50,615 nucleotides of DNA, from NCBI GenBank assembly GCA_007130145.1, contig SLSY01000102.1, forward strand, positions 1-50,615, written 5' to 3'. How positions within the stretch are numbered: position 1 is the stretch's first letter; every line of letters begins with the position of its first letter. The notes under the pieces are model-generated. The model saw only the letters and a program-made list of their open reading frames with translations, had not been told where the DNA came from and did no database searches. The translations under genes and the position numbers were made by a program. Positions 38,144 to 46,843 of this stretch are shown here, piece after piece. Source of the stretch: Bacillota bacterium. Lineage in GTDB: Bacteria; Bacillota; Sulfobacillia; UBA8153.

Positions 38144-39343
38144 CTAAATATCTTTTCTTTCTGAATAATTCGTCTCTTTTCCCTCTTCTCCTGCTTTGAT
38201 CACGGCAAATCTTGTCATAGAAGGACCCACGAGCTCATAGATGAAGACGGCCCCGAGTATGACACTGCTGATCATCTCGGCAAACTGGGGCAAAGCGTCT
38301 TGGGCCATGACCATCATGCCCACGGCAACGCTAGCCTGCGGCATCAGCGTCAGTCCCAGATACTTACGGGTCATGGGGTTCATGGGCACGCACCACGCAC
38401 CGAGGTAAACCGCCAGCACCTTGCCCACCGCTCGCAAGACCATGTAGAGAATTCCTATTTGACCAGCTCTTAGCAAGGAAGACGGCTCGAGTGAGGAACC
38501 GGCCACCACAAAGAAGGCAATGAGAAGCAAAGGTGCCAGTGCTTGCATCTGACGGTCCAGTGCACGAGCAAACCGGGAACGATTGCCGGTAACGATGCCG
38601 CAAACCAGGGCAACCAAGAGTGGAGAAAGGCCCCACCTTGCACTGAGACCCGCGAGGAGTGTCAGCAAACCCACCATGGCAACCACCAGTTCACTTTCGT
38701 TTCCGAGGCGCCCAGCTACCAGAACAAAGGACCATCCCCCCGCCACCGCCAACAGCAAAGACCCTCCGACATGTTCAACTCCGCAGGTTATACCCGTAAG
38801 CCACTGCCACTGCCATTGCCCTTGCGTCAGGGCCTGCGCCAGGGGAAGGGCAAGACTAAAAGCCACAATGACAATCATGTCATCCATGGCCACCACAACC
38901 AAATGGGTGCGAGTGAGAGGGCCATCGCTTTGCATTTCGTGCATGACAGCTACCGTCAGGGCCGGAGCTGTAGCGGCGCTGATAACAGACAGCACAAGTG
39001 CCAGGGTAAGAGGCGTTCCGACCACCACGAGGGCGGCAAAAACTAAGGTAAACGGCACCAGAGCCTGCAAGACGGCGAGATACAGAACCGATGATCCCAG
39101 TTGTTGTAGATAGCTGACATCTAGTTCACGCCCGATCCCAAGGGCTATGAAGACCAGGGCGAGTTGGTTGAAGGGCGAGAATTTCTCAAGGACTCCTTCA
39201 TCAACAAAGCCCAACGCCGCTGGCCCAATGATCATTCCTACGAGCAAATAGCCTGTTACCGCTGGTAAACGCAAGTGAGTGCTCAGACGGGCCGCAAGCA
39301 GACCTGCGACCAACACCGCGCCAAGACCCACTAGAACCTCCAT
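38144..39343 (-). CDS. Cation:proton antiporter, CPA2/Kef-like membrane domain only (no RCK/KTN domain)
   Basis: About 399 aa from the ATG at 39343 (MEVLVGLGAVLVAGLLAARL...VTGYLLVGMIIGP). It is polytopic with a Na_H_exchanger-like pattern. The ATG overlaps the upstream TGA in the sequence TGATG. Confidence 0.85.
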   Translation of the reverse strand: MEVLVGLGAVLVAGLLAARLSTHLRLPAVTGYLLVGMIIGPAALGFVDEGVLEKFSPFNQLALVFIALGIGRELDVSYLQQLGSSVLYLAVLQALVPFTLVFAALVVVGTPLTLALVLSVISAATAPALTVAVMHEMQSDGPLTRTHLVVVAMDDMIVIVAFSLALPLAQALTQGQWQWQWLTGITCGVEHVGGSLLLAVAGGWSFVLVAGRLGNESELVVAMVGLLTLLAGLSARWGLSPLLVALVCGIVTGNRSRFARALDRQMQALAPLLLIAFFVVAGSSLEPSSLLRAGQIGILYMVLRAVGKVLAVYLGAWCVPMNPMTRKYLGLTLMPQASVAVGMMVMAQDALPQFAEMISSVILGAVFIYELVGPSMTRFAVIKAGEEGKETNYSERKDI

Positions 39344-39696
39344 CAACCGCCCTCTCCCGCACAAGGCAAACCTTTCACCAAACCGAGAGGAAATGCAAAG
39401 AGAAAACCCTGAGCAGCCTCACCTTGTGTAAGAATTGCTTCTGCCGCGTCAACTGCTTCGCTAAGCCGTGCATCGCCCTCCACAATGGCCAACACAGTGT
39501 CGGTGTGAACCATTTGCTGACCGGGCAACCAACGCAGCTGTGATAATGAAAGCCAGGGCTTACCCGCGAAAGCCGCCTCATAGCTAGCGCTGTGCATTAC
39601 GGTGAGGTTATCAACGCCCCGCTTCCTCAATTCCTCTAGCAGCTCGGCAAGTCGGTGGGTTTCGTTCAACACCATGAACAGTGCCCACATCGGCAT
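39343..39696 (-). CDS. Hypothetical small protein, possibly a PII-like (ferredoxin-fold) regulatory protein
   Basis: 117 aa, soluble. The secondary-structure pattern looks like beta-alpha-beta, loop, beta-alpha-beta (ALFMVLNETHRLAELLEELRKRGVDNLTVMHS ... TVLAIVEGDARLSEAVDAAEAIL). The stop is translationally coupled to the CPA2 start. Family assignment is by eye only. Confidence 0.5.
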   Translation of the reverse strand: MPMWALFMVLNETHRLAELLEELRKRGVDNLTVMHSASYEAAFAGKPWLSLSQLRWLPGQQMVHTDTVLAIVEGDARLSEAVDAAEAILTQGEAAQGFLFAFPLGLVKGLPCAGEGG

Positions 39697-39845
39697 TCCC
39701 TCCCATCCACAGTGTCTCTCATCAAACCTGAGAGAATGCGCCAGAAGAGAGCAGGGCCCGGAGCTCTAGATACGGACCGGCCGGGAAGGAGAAACTAGCA
39801 TAGAAGTCCAATCCCAATAGGTCACTATGCGCCGGCGGTTGGGGC

Positions 39846-41084
39846 TCATAAAGAGCTGGGCACCCGGGTGAAGACAACGGACCTGGGGGCAGGAAGAGTG
39901 CGGAGGGCGAAAATGATCACGCCGACGGTGGCAACCAGGCCTGCCACCCAAAAAGACATCTGGATGCTGAACAAGTCCATCACCACGCCGCCGAGTATGG
40001 AGCCAAAACCCAAGCCCAGACTCATAGCCGTGCTCGTCGTGCCCATGATCGTCCCCATGCCATACAAACGACCCCGTTCCACAGACAACGCGGTGATGGC
40101 TGGTACGTACACCCCGGTGGAAGAGGCCAAGAGCAGGGCACCGGCCATGAGCTGGGCTGGGGTCACGGCCAAAGGCATAAGGTAGATAGCAAGGACCGCA
40201 AAGCTGAACCCCATCAGACCCAAGCGCCGGCGATCGACACGGTCCGCGAGCACACCGCAAAACAGCTGAATGGACGACTCGCACACCGCCTGCAGCGACA
40301 TGATGAGACCAACAATGTAGGGTGGTAATCCCAAATAGACGGCCACCCAGATCGGTAGCATCGCCTCAAATACCGCCCAGCCTGTGGCGAGTGAGAAGCG
40401 TCCGGCTACGATGCCCTGCACTACTCCATCGCGTATGATCGCTGAGAAGGGGGCCAGCGCCATCTTGCCGTAACTGCTGGTGGTCGCACGCTCGGGCACA
40501 AATGCCATAACCAAAAGGAAGGCCAATGCCCCCAAGACACTCATGATCAAAAAGGGTATCCCCATGCCAAAGCGCGCATATAGAAGGGTTCCAGTGATGG
40601 GTCCCAACACAAATCCCCCGATGAAAGACACGTTGAACACGGACATGAGCGTTCCCTCACGACCAGCCGGTGTAACCAGTCCAGCGTAGGCCCAGGCGGC
40701 TGGCTGTACCACAGCCAGCATGATTCCCTGAATAACGCGCCATACCACGAGGGCAGCGGGAGTAGAAGCACTGTACAGGCCCAGTGCTGCCAAAGCGTAG
40801 CCGCCCAAACCCACCAGCATGAGCACCTTAATGCGATAGAGATCTGCCAGGCGTCCGAATACGACCTGAAAGAGGCCGCGGACCAGAGGACTGGCCCCCA
40901 CAACAAGGCCAATCCAGATGCCACTGGCCCCCAGCGCCTGGGCGTGCACGGCCATAAGAGGCATAATGCCACCCATCCCAAAGGACATGAGCAGCATGGC
41001 CATCAACAACACAACGAAGGCTGACATATCCTGTGTCAGCCGCAGCTTGGGCCATCGCACCTTGCTACACCCCCGCCCGCACAA
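39846..41084 (-). CDS. MFS transporter
   Basis: 412 aa with about 12 TM helices and the MFS loop FGRLADLYRIK. The true start may be the internal ATG at 41027. Confidence 0.8.
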   Translation of the reverse strand: MCGRGCSKVRWPKLRLTQDMSAFVVLLMAMLLMSFGMGGIMPLMAVHAQALGASGIWIGLVVGASPLVRGLFQVVFGRLADLYRIKVLMLVGLGGYALAALGLYSASTPAALVVWRVIQGIMLAVVQPAAWAYAGLVTPAGREGTLMSVFNVSFIGGFVLGPITGTLLYARFGMGIPFLIMSVLGALAFLLVMAFVPERATTSSYGKMALAPFSAIIRDGVVQGIVAGRFSLATGWAVFEAMLPIWVAVYLGLPPYIVGLIMSLQAVCESSIQLFCGVLADRVDRRRLGLMGFSFAVLAIYLMPLAVTPAQLMAGALLLASSTGVYVPAITALSVERGRLYGMGTIMGTTSTAMSLGLGFGSILGGVVMDLFSIQMSFWVAGLVATVGVIIFALRTLPAPRSVVFTRVPSSL

Positions 41085-41566
41085 TAGCTAGTGACATTCG
41101 TGACGAAAATGCATTTCCCTGCTACGGGGCAAAGCAATGACCGGGTCCCTCGAGTAGCGGGATACACCCTGTCGTCTCCGCTTCAGTTACCTGGGGGGCA
41201 TCCCTATTCCCGGCCTGCACCGCGCCGCAAACTCCTAAGACCACAAGCGTGACAAAAGCCGTGAGCCGCGCTCTTCTCCCTGTTGGTACCCAAAAACGAG
41301 ATGATAGTAGCTGCGATCGCGGGGTGGTGCAGCGTGAATGGACAAGGGGCAAGCCCCATCCATGAAAACAGGAGGGGCAGCACAGGGGGCTGCATCAGAG
41401 GGTCTTGCCCCCTTCTTGCACCAAGCGAGGGTTTCAAAGCACTCAGGTAGTGGAGCATGGGTGGTTTACGGTCGGATGGGAGCGATTATCAAGAGGTGAA
41501 GTTCCTGCTATGAACAGGCTAGCTTCTCAGACGGCAATGGCCAGCGCCGAGGAGGAAAAGCACATG

Positions 41567-41599
41567 CCCAAGGTTGGAAGGGATCCGACCAACCTTGGG
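41567..41599. other. Perfect 11-bp inverted repeat in a gene-free region
   Basis: CCCAAGGTTGG (41567-41577), an 11-nt loop, then CCAACCTTGGG (41589-41599). On the minus strand it is followed by CATGTGCTTTTCC. Confidence 0.5.
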
Positions 41600-42000
41600 C
41601 CTTGCGGCCAAGACCAGCCAGATGAGAAAGCGCGGCCTCAGGTCGTGAACGAAGATGATAGCAAGCGTTCTCCCACACTACCATGGCTGCGAGCGGATGT
41701 GTGACACAAAAATAGACATGACCAGTGAATTTCACCACTTGACCACCCGGAGCGGGTCCGGCACGTTTCCCAGATAAGCGCAGTCACACTCAATGAAAGC
41801 TCTGGACCATGGCCGCACTCGCCTCGAGGCAGGTGACAAACATGACCCTGTAGCCCTTTGGAGATCATGCCACGAACACTAGGTGACTACGCCTTGCGCG
41901 ATGAGGACTCTCGGTGCCCCATTCCGGTCCATTGGGAACAGAACTCTTCCCCCCTCTGAGGGCTTGCCCTGACACCTATCCCTCGTTGACGTTCATGAGA

Positions 42001-42034
42001 CAAAAGGAAAAGGCCCAGCCAACCGCCGGGCCTC
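42001..42034 (-). terminator. Intrinsic terminator after metF
   Basis: On the minus strand, AGGCCC...GGGCCT (42011-42016 / 42028-42033) is followed by TTTTCCTTTTG. It lies 18 nt downstream of the metF stop. Confidence 0.65.
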
Positions 42035-42051
42035 CGTCTTACCTACTCCCA

Positions 42052-42999
42052 TCAACCTGAGGTGTCGCCGTCCTCCTTTGCCAGTTGGGGGCGCGGGAAA
42101 AGCCCGGCACGATCTACGAGTTCAGGCACTATATCCTCCCAGGCAATGGCCATAATGTGCACGCCCTTGACACCTTCGATTTCGCGCACCTGCTGTATCA
42201 ATTCAACCGCAATGCGAACGCCCTCTTCCTTCTGCTTCTCCTTGGGCACACCCGCCATGCGCTTGACCAATTCATCAGGGACCGCCATGCCTGGCACCTC
42301 CGCATTGCGCCGTAGTGCCGTGGCGGACTTGACAGGTACGATTCCCGCCATGATGTATGTCTTTTCGTGCAGGCCCATGTCTCGCACCATGTCCATATAA
42401 CGCTTGAAACGCTCCACATCGAAGATGGCCTGCGTTTGGATAAAGTCCGCTCCGGCCGCCACCTTCTTAGCTAGTCGCACCACCCGATAGGCAAAGGGAT
42501 CGCCAAAAGGATTGGCGGCGGCTCCAATGAACATGCGCGGTTCATACTTGCACTTATCACCGCTGACGAACACTTTGCCGTCACGCAACTGTTGAACCGC
42601 CCGAATGAGCTGCACAGAATCCAGATCAAACACGTTCTTTGAGGTGGGATGATTGCCAAAAGACTGGTGATCACCTGTCAAGCAGAGCAGATTACGGACT
42701 CCGAGGCTGTAAGCACCGAGAAGATCCGACTGTAAGGCAATGCGATTCCTATCCCGGCATGTCATCTGAATGACGGGCTCGGCCCCGGCCTTCATCACGT
42801 GCACGGATGCAGCAATGGACGACAAGCGGACGATGGCCGTCTGATTATCGGTTAGGTTCAGTGCATCCGCATAATCCTTAAGTGCCGCAGCATGTCGCGA
42901 TATGCTACGACTCGACGTGCTTTTGGGAGGGCCGATTTCGGCTGTGCATGCGAACTGACCGCTCAAGAACACTCTTTCCAAATTGCTTCCCGATTTCAT
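42052..42999 (-). CDS. metF: Methylenetetrahydrofolate reductase, MetF (MetV-associated type)
   Basis: 315 aa with FACTAEIGPPKS, LNLTDNQTAIVRLS, QMTCRDRNRIALQSDLLGA, and NLLCLTGDH. Confidence 0.92.
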   Translation of the reverse strand: MKSGSNLERVFLSGQFACTAEIGPPKSTSSRSISRHAAALKDYADALNLTDNQTAIVRLSSIAASVHVMKAGAEPVIQMTCRDRNRIALQSDLLGAYSLGVRNLLCLTGDHQSFGNHPTSKNVFDLDSVQLIRAVQQLRDGKVFVSGDKCKYEPRMFIGAAANPFGDPFAYRVVRLAKKVAAGADFIQTQAIFDVERFKRYMDMVRDMGLHEKTYIMAGIVPVKSATALRRNAEVPGMAVPDELVKRMAGVPKEKQKEEGVRIAVELIQQVREIEGVKGVHIMAIAWEDIVPELVDRAGLFPRPQLAKEDGDTSG

Positions 43000-43010
43000 C
43001 TAGCCACCCC

Positions 43011-43667
43011 CTATACCGCCTTTACATCCGAACGCTCCACCCGCCGTGGACCGCCATCACGCGCTGTAGACCAATCTTTGGGTGGCAATGGTTCGGTCAG
43101 CAAATCCAACCGGTTCAAGGCCACGAGACGATCATAGATCAGCTGCCACGCACATTCGACATCATCCCTTATTTCACAGTTGCCTTCCTGTGAGCCACCG
43201 CAGGGGCCGTTGAGCAGACTCTTGGAACAACGGATGATGGGGCAAATGCCTCCGGTCAAATGCAGGATACACTCTCCACAGAAGCCACAGCGCTCTTCCC
43301 AGACGCCCGCTTCGCGGGCGCCGCCGCCGAACTTGGTGTTGAGAGCCGGAAGCACCCATGTATGGGAGTAACGTTCTGCCAAAAACTGCACCCCCACTCC
43401 ACAGCCCATGGAGAGTATGCAGTCGACCCCTTCTAACTCTGCATCCAAATCGACAATAAATTCGGGATCACATTGCCTATTGAGCACCGCTGTCAGCACC
43501 TGCCCAAAGCCCCGTAGCTTGAGCAACGCTGCGAGCGTATTCACTTCTTTCTCGCCTCCGGCTTGACACACAGTAACGCACTCAGAGCAGCCGACCACCA
43601 TGATCTTCTGGCAGTCACCGAGCAAGGGAACAATCTCGTCCAATGGTTTGCGCTCCGCTACGATCAT
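43011..43667 (-). CDS. metV: MetV, methylene-THF reductase-associated Cys-rich (Fe-S/zinc-ribbon) subunit
   Basis: I prefer the ATG at 43667 (MIVAERKPLDEIV...) because the track start at 43790 overlaps the upstream gene. Cys motifs: VGCSECVTVCQAGG, CGFCGECIL, and GGICPIIRCSKSLLNGPCGG. Confidence 0.85.
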   Translation of the reverse strand: MIVAERKPLDEIVPLLGDCQKIMVVGCSECVTVCQAGGEKEVNTLAALLKLRGFGQVLTAVLNRQCDPEFIVDLDAELEGVDCILSMGCGVGVQFLAERYSHTWVLPALNTKFGGGAREAGVWEERCGFCGECILHLTGGICPIIRCSKSLLNGPCGGSQEGNCEIRDDVECAWQLIYDRLVALNRLDLLTEPLPPKDWSTARDGGPRRVERSDVKAV

Positions 43668-43689
43668 CAGGTTCACCTTCCTTGTCGCC

Positions 43690-44535
43690 TCAATACTCCT
43701 GGGGCATTTCCTTGAGCTGTGCATAGGTGAAAACAGGTCCATCCAAACACACATACTGAGAACCAATGTTACAGCGACCACACTTACCAATACCGCATTT
43801 CATGCGCATCTCGAGCGTGGTAACGATTTGCTCTGGCGTAAAGCCAAGTTCCTCTAGGCTTTGTATGACAAACTTAATCATGATGGGCGGGCCACAAGTG
43901 ATGGCCACCGCATTGTTGGGAGAGGGACTGACATCCATCAGGATGGCAGGCACGAAACCCACTCGACCATCCCACTGTTCATCGCCACGATCGACCGTCA
44001 CGTAGAGCGCAAGATCCTCGGCCTCGGCCCATTTCTCCAGTTCCCACTTGAACACCAGATCACCGGGACTGCGAGCACCATATATCATGACAATGGAACC
44101 AAACCGCTGCCGGTTCTTGGGATCAATGCAGTAGTTAAACAGCGAACGCAAGGGCGCCAGCCCAATACCGCCGGCGATGAATTGCAGATCCTTACCCTCT
44201 AAGCTATCCACGGGAAATACGTTGCCATAGGGGCCCCGAATCCCGACCTCCTGCCCAACTTCAGCATGGTGCAATGCCGTGGTAAGTTTTCCAGCCTTCT
44301 TGATGGAAAACTCCAGGTATCCTTCCTGGGTAGGCGAAGAGGTGATGGAAATAGGGGCCTCTCCCACCCCCGGCAAAGAGAGCTCGGCAAACTGACCCGG
44401 CTCATACCGAAAGGACTCCCGGTCTTCGGATTCTGTGAAGACCATGCGAAAGGTCTTGACATCATTGACAGCAGTTTCGGTGATGATCTCCTCTATGCGC
44501 GCGCTCTTGGGAACATAAGGATTGCTCACAGACAT
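43690..44535 (-). CDS. FAD/NAD(P)-binding [2Fe-2S] oxidoreductase (FlxA / sulfhydrogenase gamma / AsrB / PyrK-like)
   Basis: 281 aa with an FNR-like fold (PGQFAELSLPGVGEAPISI, FIAGGIGLAPLRS) and a C-terminal cluster motif CGIGKCGRCNIG. Confidence 0.85.
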   Translation of the reverse strand: MSVSNPYVPKSARIEEIITETAVNDVKTFRMVFTESEDRESFRYEPGQFAELSLPGVGEAPISITSSPTQEGYLEFSIKKAGKLTTALHHAEVGQEVGIRGPYGNVFPVDSLEGKDLQFIAGGIGLAPLRSLFNYCIDPKNRQRFGSIVMIYGARSPGDLVFKWELEKWAEAEDLALYVTVDRGDEQWDGRVGFVPAILMDVSPSPNNAVAITCGPPIMIKFVIQSLEELGFTPEQIVTTLEMRMKCGIGKCGRCNIGSQYVCLDGPVFTYAQLKEMPQEY

Positions 44536-45503
44536 CCCCCTAACTCAGCCAGTACTTGACGAATATCCAGGTTCACCGGGCACAACTCGATGCACCGACC
44601 ACAGCCAACACAAGCATGATCTTCCAAGCGCAAGGGGAAGTAGCAAAACTTATGCATCACCCGCTGTCGCATCCGTTCCTTCCCGGACAAACGGGGATTA
44701 TGACCGGATGTGTGCAACGTGAACAGGGGAAACATGCAGGAGTCCCAGGTGCGCAAGCGCGCCTTATCGGTATCTGTCACATCAAAGCAGTGACACGTTG
44801 GGCAGTAATAGGTACACACTGCACAGCCCAGGCACTTCTCGTGCAAGCGCTCCCACACGGGGGCCTCAAAACTCGCTTCGAGTTTCTTGGCCAAACCCTC
44901 CAACTCTACCTCTTCGGCCACAGCCCGGGCTTGATCCTTCTCGGCACGCGCTTGGGCCTGTTGCTCTTTTGTTGCCTCTGGCCACGCTTCTTGCTCCAAA
45001 TACTCTTCCCCGGCTGTGCTAGCCGCTTCGGCCACCCATCCCTCGTCCACCGGCGTAAGCAGCACGTCGAGCCCCACAGTGTCAAAGGGGCCTCCTCCTA
45101 CCGTAGAGCAAAAGCAGGTCATCTGTGGTTGTGGACAAGCCATCCCAATGAAAAGGGCGCCTTGGCGTCTCTCCTGATACGGCCCATCCACCGGTGGCTG
45201 TTCCACAAACACCCGGTCCAACAGATGCACGGCACGAGCATCACACGGGCGCACTCCAAACACCGCCAACGGGCGAGATGTCTTCTCTTGACCGTCGTCA
45301 AACTCCATGAGAACTTCCGTGCGTGGTAGAAAGAGTTCTTTCACCGTTGCGTCAGGATTATGATCCAGCATTGATTCTTGGCCTGCTTGCCACGGTATAT
45401 AACCGGTCTTGCCCCTCAGCTTTCCGGGCCAGTGGAGGTGATAGGACCGGGCCAGGCGAGCGAGCACCTCGTCAAGGGCCGACCTTGCTAGAAATCTGGC
45501 CAT
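44526..45503 (-). CDS. 4Fe-4S dicluster protein (FlxB / sulfhydrogenase beta / AsrA-like)
   Basis: 325 aa with VFGVRPCDARAV, CLGCAVCTYYCPTCHCFD, and CVGCGRCIELCPVN. Confidence 0.8.
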   Translation of the reverse strand: MARFLARSALDEVLARLARSYHLHWPGKLRGKTGYIPWQAGQESMLDHNPDATVKELFLPRTEVLMEFDDGQEKTSRPLAVFGVRPCDARAVHLLDRVFVEQPPVDGPYQERRQGALFIGMACPQPQMTCFCSTVGGGPFDTVGLDVLLTPVDEGWVAEAASTAGEEYLEQEAWPEATKEQQAQARAEKDQARAVAEEVELEGLAKKLEASFEAPVWERLHEKCLGCAVCTYYCPTCHCFDVTDTDKARLRTWDSCMFPLFTLHTSGHNPRLSGKERMRQRVMHKFCYFPLRLEDHACVGCGRCIELCPVNLDIRQVLAELGGCL

Positions 45504-45515
45504 TGCCTTCCCTCC

Positions 45516-46400
45516 TTACTTGATGAAGTCATCAGAATCGTCCTTGGAAAAACTCCCCAGCAAACTGGGGGCATCAGGATCCTGGCCCGACAGGTAGCCA
45601 AAGCGACGGACCGCTTCGGCTTCCATACGCCGGTGCAGCGCCAGGAGATTGATATTCTGCGGACAGGCACGAGCACATGCCCCGCAGTCAGTGCAGCGTC
45701 CGGCCAGATGCAGTGTCCTCACCAGGTGAAAGAGCATGGCTTCGGGTGGTTCATGGACGGGACTCACCCAGTCAGGATGGCTACGATCGGTGAAACACTC
45801 GGGGCAATAGCAGGCCGGACAGGCTTGCCGGCACGCATAGCAGCGAATGCATTTCTCCATTTCGGCGCTAAACCACCGGTAGCGTTCTTCACTATCCTCA
45901 TCTATAGGGGAAGAGGAGACCTGAGCGTCTGCCTCTTCGACCGCAACCTTCTTCTCCCCCAGCCAGCAGTGGAACAGATCGACAGCGGGGAGGCGGCAGT
46001 GTTCACACGCCACCGCCAAAGCCTCTTTCCACTCACCATCATCCAGGGACATTCCCTCTTCCCATCTATCACGGTCAATGACCCCGGGACATTCCACCCC
46101 AATGGCCAACACCTTATCGGGATCTACCTGGCGCTCCCTGATCAGTTCTACCAGAGCTCTGGCGTCACAGGCCTTCACGACAACGCCCACCCGCTCCTTC
46201 TTGAAGCGGGGCAAATAGACGGCCAGATTGGGGTGACAAGTCGGGTCAAACACCAATTCTTGCGCGTCTTCACTGGAGCGGGCAAAGACTACGGTGCTCT
46301 GGGCAGGCAGGCTCCCACGGGCATAGCCAATGAAAACATCGACTTCGCCCTCCCGAAGAAGCCGGGCTGCCTCCTTGCGTAGTTGTTCCTGCACCATCAC
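45516..46400 (-). CDS. 4Fe-4S dicluster protein, paralogue of the downstream gene (FlxC-like)
   Basis: 294 aa with VVVKACDARALV, CIRCYACRQACPACYCPECF, and CTDCGACARACPQN. The start overlaps the mvhD stop (GTGATG). Confidence 0.75.
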   Translation of the reverse strand: MMVQEQLRKEAARLLREGEVDVFIGYARGSLPAQSTVVFARSSEDAQELVFDPTCHPNLAVYLPRFKKERVGVVVKACDARALVELIRERQVDPDKVLAIGVECPGVIDRDRWEEGMSLDDGEWKEALAVACEHCRLPAVDLFHCWLGEKKVAVEEADAQVSSSPIDEDSEERYRWFSAEMEKCIRCYACRQACPACYCPECFTDRSHPDWVSPVHEPPEAMLFHLVRTLHLAGRCTDCGACARACPQNINLLALHRRMEAEAVRRFGYLSGQDPDAPSLLGSFSKDDSDDFIK

Positions 46401-46843
46401 GCTCGCCTCGCTTTCTGGACCAGGCGCTGATTCGGGCCCAAAGCCTGAACCGTTTCGGTCACTTCACGCATGACATCGGAAAATTTCTGGCCTTCGGCCG
46501 CAGACACCCAGGAAAACTGCAGGCGGCCCTTCTCAATGCCCACGAAGTCAAGTAGATTAGCAAGCAGGGCAAACCGGCGTCGGGCCACGTAATTGCCCGC
46601 CAGGTAGTGACAATCCCCCGGATGGCATCCTGACACCAAGACCCCATCTGCCCCCTGGGTTAGGGCTTTGAGAATGTAGAAGGGATTCACCGCACCGGTG
46701 CACGGTACTCGAATGACCCGGACATTGGCCGGGTACTGCAAGCGCGATATCCCTGCCAAATCCGCTCCCGCGTAAGAACACCAGTGGCAAAGAAAGGCCA
46801 CTATCTTCGGTTCCCATTCCGTTTTGACCGCTGGTGCCTTCAT
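46397..46843 (-). CDS. mvhD: MvhD/FlxD-type hydrogenase iron-sulfur (delta) subunit
   Basis: 148 aa with IVAFLCHWCSYAGADLAG, VPCTGAVNP, and SGCHPGDCHY. It overlaps the upstream hdrA-like stop by ATGA. Confidence 0.9.
   Translation of the reverse strand: MKAPAVKTEWEPKIVAFLCHWCSYAGADLAGISRLQYPANVRVIRVPCTGAVNPFYILKALTQGADGVLVSGCHPGDCHYLAGNYVARRRFALLANLLDFVGIEKGRLQFSWVSAAEGQKFSDVMREVTETVQALGPNQRLVQKARRA

Noticed and set aside
41085-41330. Minus-strand stretch resembling parts of a cobalamin riboswitch (GGTGCAGGCCGG...GCCCCCCAGGTAACTG...GAGGGACCCGGTC) upstream of the MFS gene.
   Set aside because: The conserved AGGGAA element directly upstream of the GGTG is missing. Spacing differs from known AdoCbl aptamers, and the B12-box match is weak. 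It is not supportable without a covariance-model search (Rfam RF00174).
41487-41627. Plus-strand TTATCAAGAG ... AGATGAGA, reminiscent of the P1 helix ends of a SAM-I riboswitch.
   Set aside because: The internal core (GAGGGA, GCCC...GCAACC, GGTGCCAATTCC) is absent, and no plus-strand gene lies downstream.
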